Assembly: GCF_006345805.1 (NCBI RefSeq)
Contig: NC_043005.1
Span: forward strand, 5,766,001 to 5,830,000
From: Octopus sinensis
Lineage: Eukaryota
Length of the DNA stretch: 64,000 nt
Direction of reading: 5' to 3'
Shown: in pieces, positions 61,223 to 64,000 of the stretch
How the letters are laid out: the number at the start of each line of letters is the position of its first letter
Position numbering within the stretch: position 1 is the first letter of the stretch
Notes under the pieces: generated by a model
Seen by the model: the letters and a program-made list of their open reading frames with translations, nothing else
The model's database searches: none
What the model was told of the DNA's origin: nothing
Translations under genes and position numbers: made by a program

Positions 61223-61511
61223 ATTTTATTTTATTTATGCGCCCTTTTCAAGCCTAGCCAGGCTCATGGGCCCGGTTTCCCGGTTTCTATGGCGTATGTG
61301 TTCCCTACAGCTGGACGGGATGCCAGTCCATCGCAGCGTTACTCAAGAAACAGGAAGAAAGAATGAGAGAAAGTTGGGGCGAAAGAGTACACCACCCCTA
61401 CCGGAGACTCGTGGAACTTTAGGTGTTTTCACTCAATAAACACACACAACGCCCGGTCTGGGAATCGAAACCGCGAGTCCGCTGCCCTAACCACTGGGCC
61501 ATTGCGCCTCC
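61223..61511 (-). mobile_element. SINE with family C tRNA head, 12-bp TSD
   Basis: ATCATAGCCTAC at 61211-61222 and 61512-61523. Head GGAGGCGCAATGGCCCAGTGGTTAGGGC. Confidence 0.85.
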
Positions 61512-62660
61512 ATCATAGCCTACTGCGGAACATTCTATTCAGTGCTCAAGCGATTCAGTGAATCCGCCAGCTGTTGAATGTATTTTTTCATGTAAATTAG
61601 CAGTTCGATAAATTGAAATCTATAAAATAGGTATCATATTGAAATAAAACACTGGGTTCGATATGGTTGACTAAGAGTAAATAAATAAAGCCAAACGAGA
61701 AGTCGGTGGTATCGTACCATGATGGCAGGAACCAACAAAATAAAAAGCTTCTGAACTTGTTACTGCAAGCCGAATATTAGTTGCTGGAGCGTTTGCTTAC
61801 ATGTCGAAACAAAATGAACATCCGATCTTTATTTTAGCCTATCATTTCTTAGACAATCATCTGTTATGAGAAAGTAACACATGGGCTGAGTGGTTTATTT
61901 ATCAAACAAGAATATCAATGAAAAGTATCGGCTGACTATTGTTATGAGGCGACCAGCTTTAAGTTTTACAAAAGCCAGTGACTAGCAAGTGGCGATATGT
62001 CATTGGTGAATCTATTTGCCCCCTCCCGCTCCGTCTTCCTCTCTTAAACCTTCTCTCACAACTTCTTCTCCAACACCTCCAACACCCTGTCTATGCACAA
62101 TCACATTCACTGATGATCTAATAATTCTTTCTCATATTACAACGTTTGCGGTGGATTGGTAGGTTCGTTAGAGCATTGGACAAAACATCTTTAAGTATTT
62201 GTGTTCTGGCTCTGTACATTTTGAGTTCGAATCCCGCAGAGGTCAAACTTCGCCTTTTATCTTTCCGGGGCCGATAAAGTAAGATACCAGCTAAATATAG
62301 AGGTTGATTTACTCACTTATCCGCCCCAATCACATTTCTGTTCCATCGACGGTCTATTGTATCCAGTCTCTTCATTTCAACCTTTTTTTCTTCCTTTTAC
62401 CCTCACGTGTCGAACAAAATAATTTCAAAGTTTAGCTACGGTTCTTTAGGTTCTGAGATCAAATAGCACCGAAGTCAACTTTGCGATTCATGCTTCCAGG
62501 GTCGATAAAATTAAGCACCAGCCAAACCCTCGGGTCGGTTTGCTCGCCACTCCCTCCTTTGTTAGACGCATGTTGCTCTCAATCCTTCACCTTAGTCCCT
62601 TTCTTTCAACCTTTCTCTCTCCCCTTTACTTTCACTTTATGGAGTTTTCGAACAAAATAT

Positions 62661-63089
62661 GGATCTTTTCGGTTTGAACGGCAGTTTTTTCTAGCGGTGT
62701 CATATGAAATTGTCACCCATAATTATGACCCTAATATCGATCTATTGCATTTCAATGTTTTAGGGTTAGAGTTAGGGGTGGGGTTAGGTATGGGGGGAAG
62801 GGTATCTTTTTTTCTTCAGAAATTGTAAATAAACCCAATCTGTTTCTTAAACGAGGGACATATTCATACGGCACAGAATGTTTTCACCTCAATAGACATC
62901 ATTGGTTGGTTGAAATTGCAGAAACTGAAAAAAAAAAAACAACAAATATCTTACAAACTATAGAATTTTCTCAACAAAGCCAAGAGAAAAAGATGTTTTA
63001 TAAACACATTCTACCAGAATACGAAGTTTAAAAGTGTTTAGTTACGTGGAAATTACTTTTAAAAACTGCCGTTCAAACCGAAAAGATCC
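62661..63089. mobile_element. MITE with 29-bp GG-starting TIRs and 8-bp TSD
   Basis: GGATCTTTTCGGTTTGAACGGCAGTTTTT / AAAAACTGCCGTTCAAACCGAAAAGATCC. Flanks CAAAATAT / CAAAATAC. Confidence 0.85.
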
Positions 63090-63466
63090 CAAAATACTTT
63101 ATGTTCTGGGCTCAAATCTCACCGAAGTCAGCTTTGCCCGTCATCCTTCTAGGGTCAATATGAAAGCAGTAAGGCCGCGTGTGTCTGCGTGAATGGAATT
63201 ACAATAGAGGACAAGACTTGTCTTTCAATCCCTCACTTGTTTATCTTTCCATCTCGCTTATACCCCCCCCTCTCTCTCTCTCTTCACACTCCGCAGCCAT
63301 TTCAACATTATCTTATGGTTTTAATCTTTACTTTCTCTTTCTCGCATCTCTCCAATTCTGTCTTTATCAGACAATACATCTCACCCCCCTCTTTTCATTC
63401 CTACTTCAGCTCTCGGATCTCTCAGCAATCATTCTCTCTTGCTCTCTCAATCTCATAATTTCTTAT

Positions 63467-63692
63467 TTCTTTACTACCCACAAGGGGCTACACACAGAGG
63501 GGACAAACAAGGACAGACAAACGGATTAAGTCGATTATATCGACTCCAGTGCGTAACTGGTACTTATTTAATCAACCCCGAAAGGATGAAAGGCAAAGTC
63601 GACCTCGGCAGAATTTGAACTCAGAACGTAACGACAGACGAAATACTGCCAAGTATTTCGCCCGGCGTGCTAACGATTCTGCCAGCTCACCG
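63467..63692 (-). mobile_element. Family B SINE
   Basis: Near-identical to 9475-9690 and 58700-58927. Confidence 0.88.
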
Positions 63693-64000
63693 CCTTTCAT
63701 TCTCATAATTTCTCTACCTTCATTTCCCTATTACACCTTTTTCCTTTCACACACCTTATTCTTCTTTCAAATTTGTTCGACTCTTCCTTCTTTTTCATCT
63801 TTTATCTCAGCTATTTCCCTTTCTTCTTCTTCACATACTTCCATGCCTTATTCTCGCCACCCTTCTTCCCATTCGTGATTCTCTTCAAATCTGTTTTTCA
63901 CATTTGCCCTTCTCCAATAATCTTTCACATTTCGCCTGTCCTCTCGCTTCGTATTTTTCTCACAACAGATTTCCGCCTTTCTCTATCATTCTTATTCTTT

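Noticed and set aside
62760-62790. Interstitial telomere
   Set aside because: Only a few imperfect TTAGGG units, all inside a MITE.

Overview
AT-rich, intron-rich animal genomic DNA. The SINE families, RTE-LINE tails and dense (TA)n microsatellites look like an octopus/cephalopod genome; this is inferred from repeat content. One complete gene is read with confidence: an 11-exon calreticulin on the minus strand (CDS 33443-18979, 414 aa, all GT-AG introns). It has a perfect ERSE in its promoter and a non-canonical C-terminus (DSHGGEL, not K/HDEL). The last two coding exons of a plus-strand MFS-type membrane transporter lie at 830-929 and 4624-4670. The rest is mostly transposon-derived: tRNA-SINEs, RTE, CR1, Penelope-like, mariner, pogo/hAT/piggyBac MITEs and a Helitron. 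Most notable non-routine structures: (1) a 210-bp/210-bp near-perfect inverted repeat (44738-45172) in which each arm folds into a type I hammerhead ribozyme, one per strand; (2) a diverged tandem duplication (about 8.4-9.4 kb and 10.5-11.8 kb) whose promoter/first-exon-like 268 bp core is identical between copies and is phase-compatible with an unannotated ORF exon at 6296-6028; (3) a minisatellite of overlapping STAT-type and kappaB-type motifs (15031-15290); (4) back-to-back ERSEs upstream of calreticulin. All calls were made by eye; no searches or folding programs were run.
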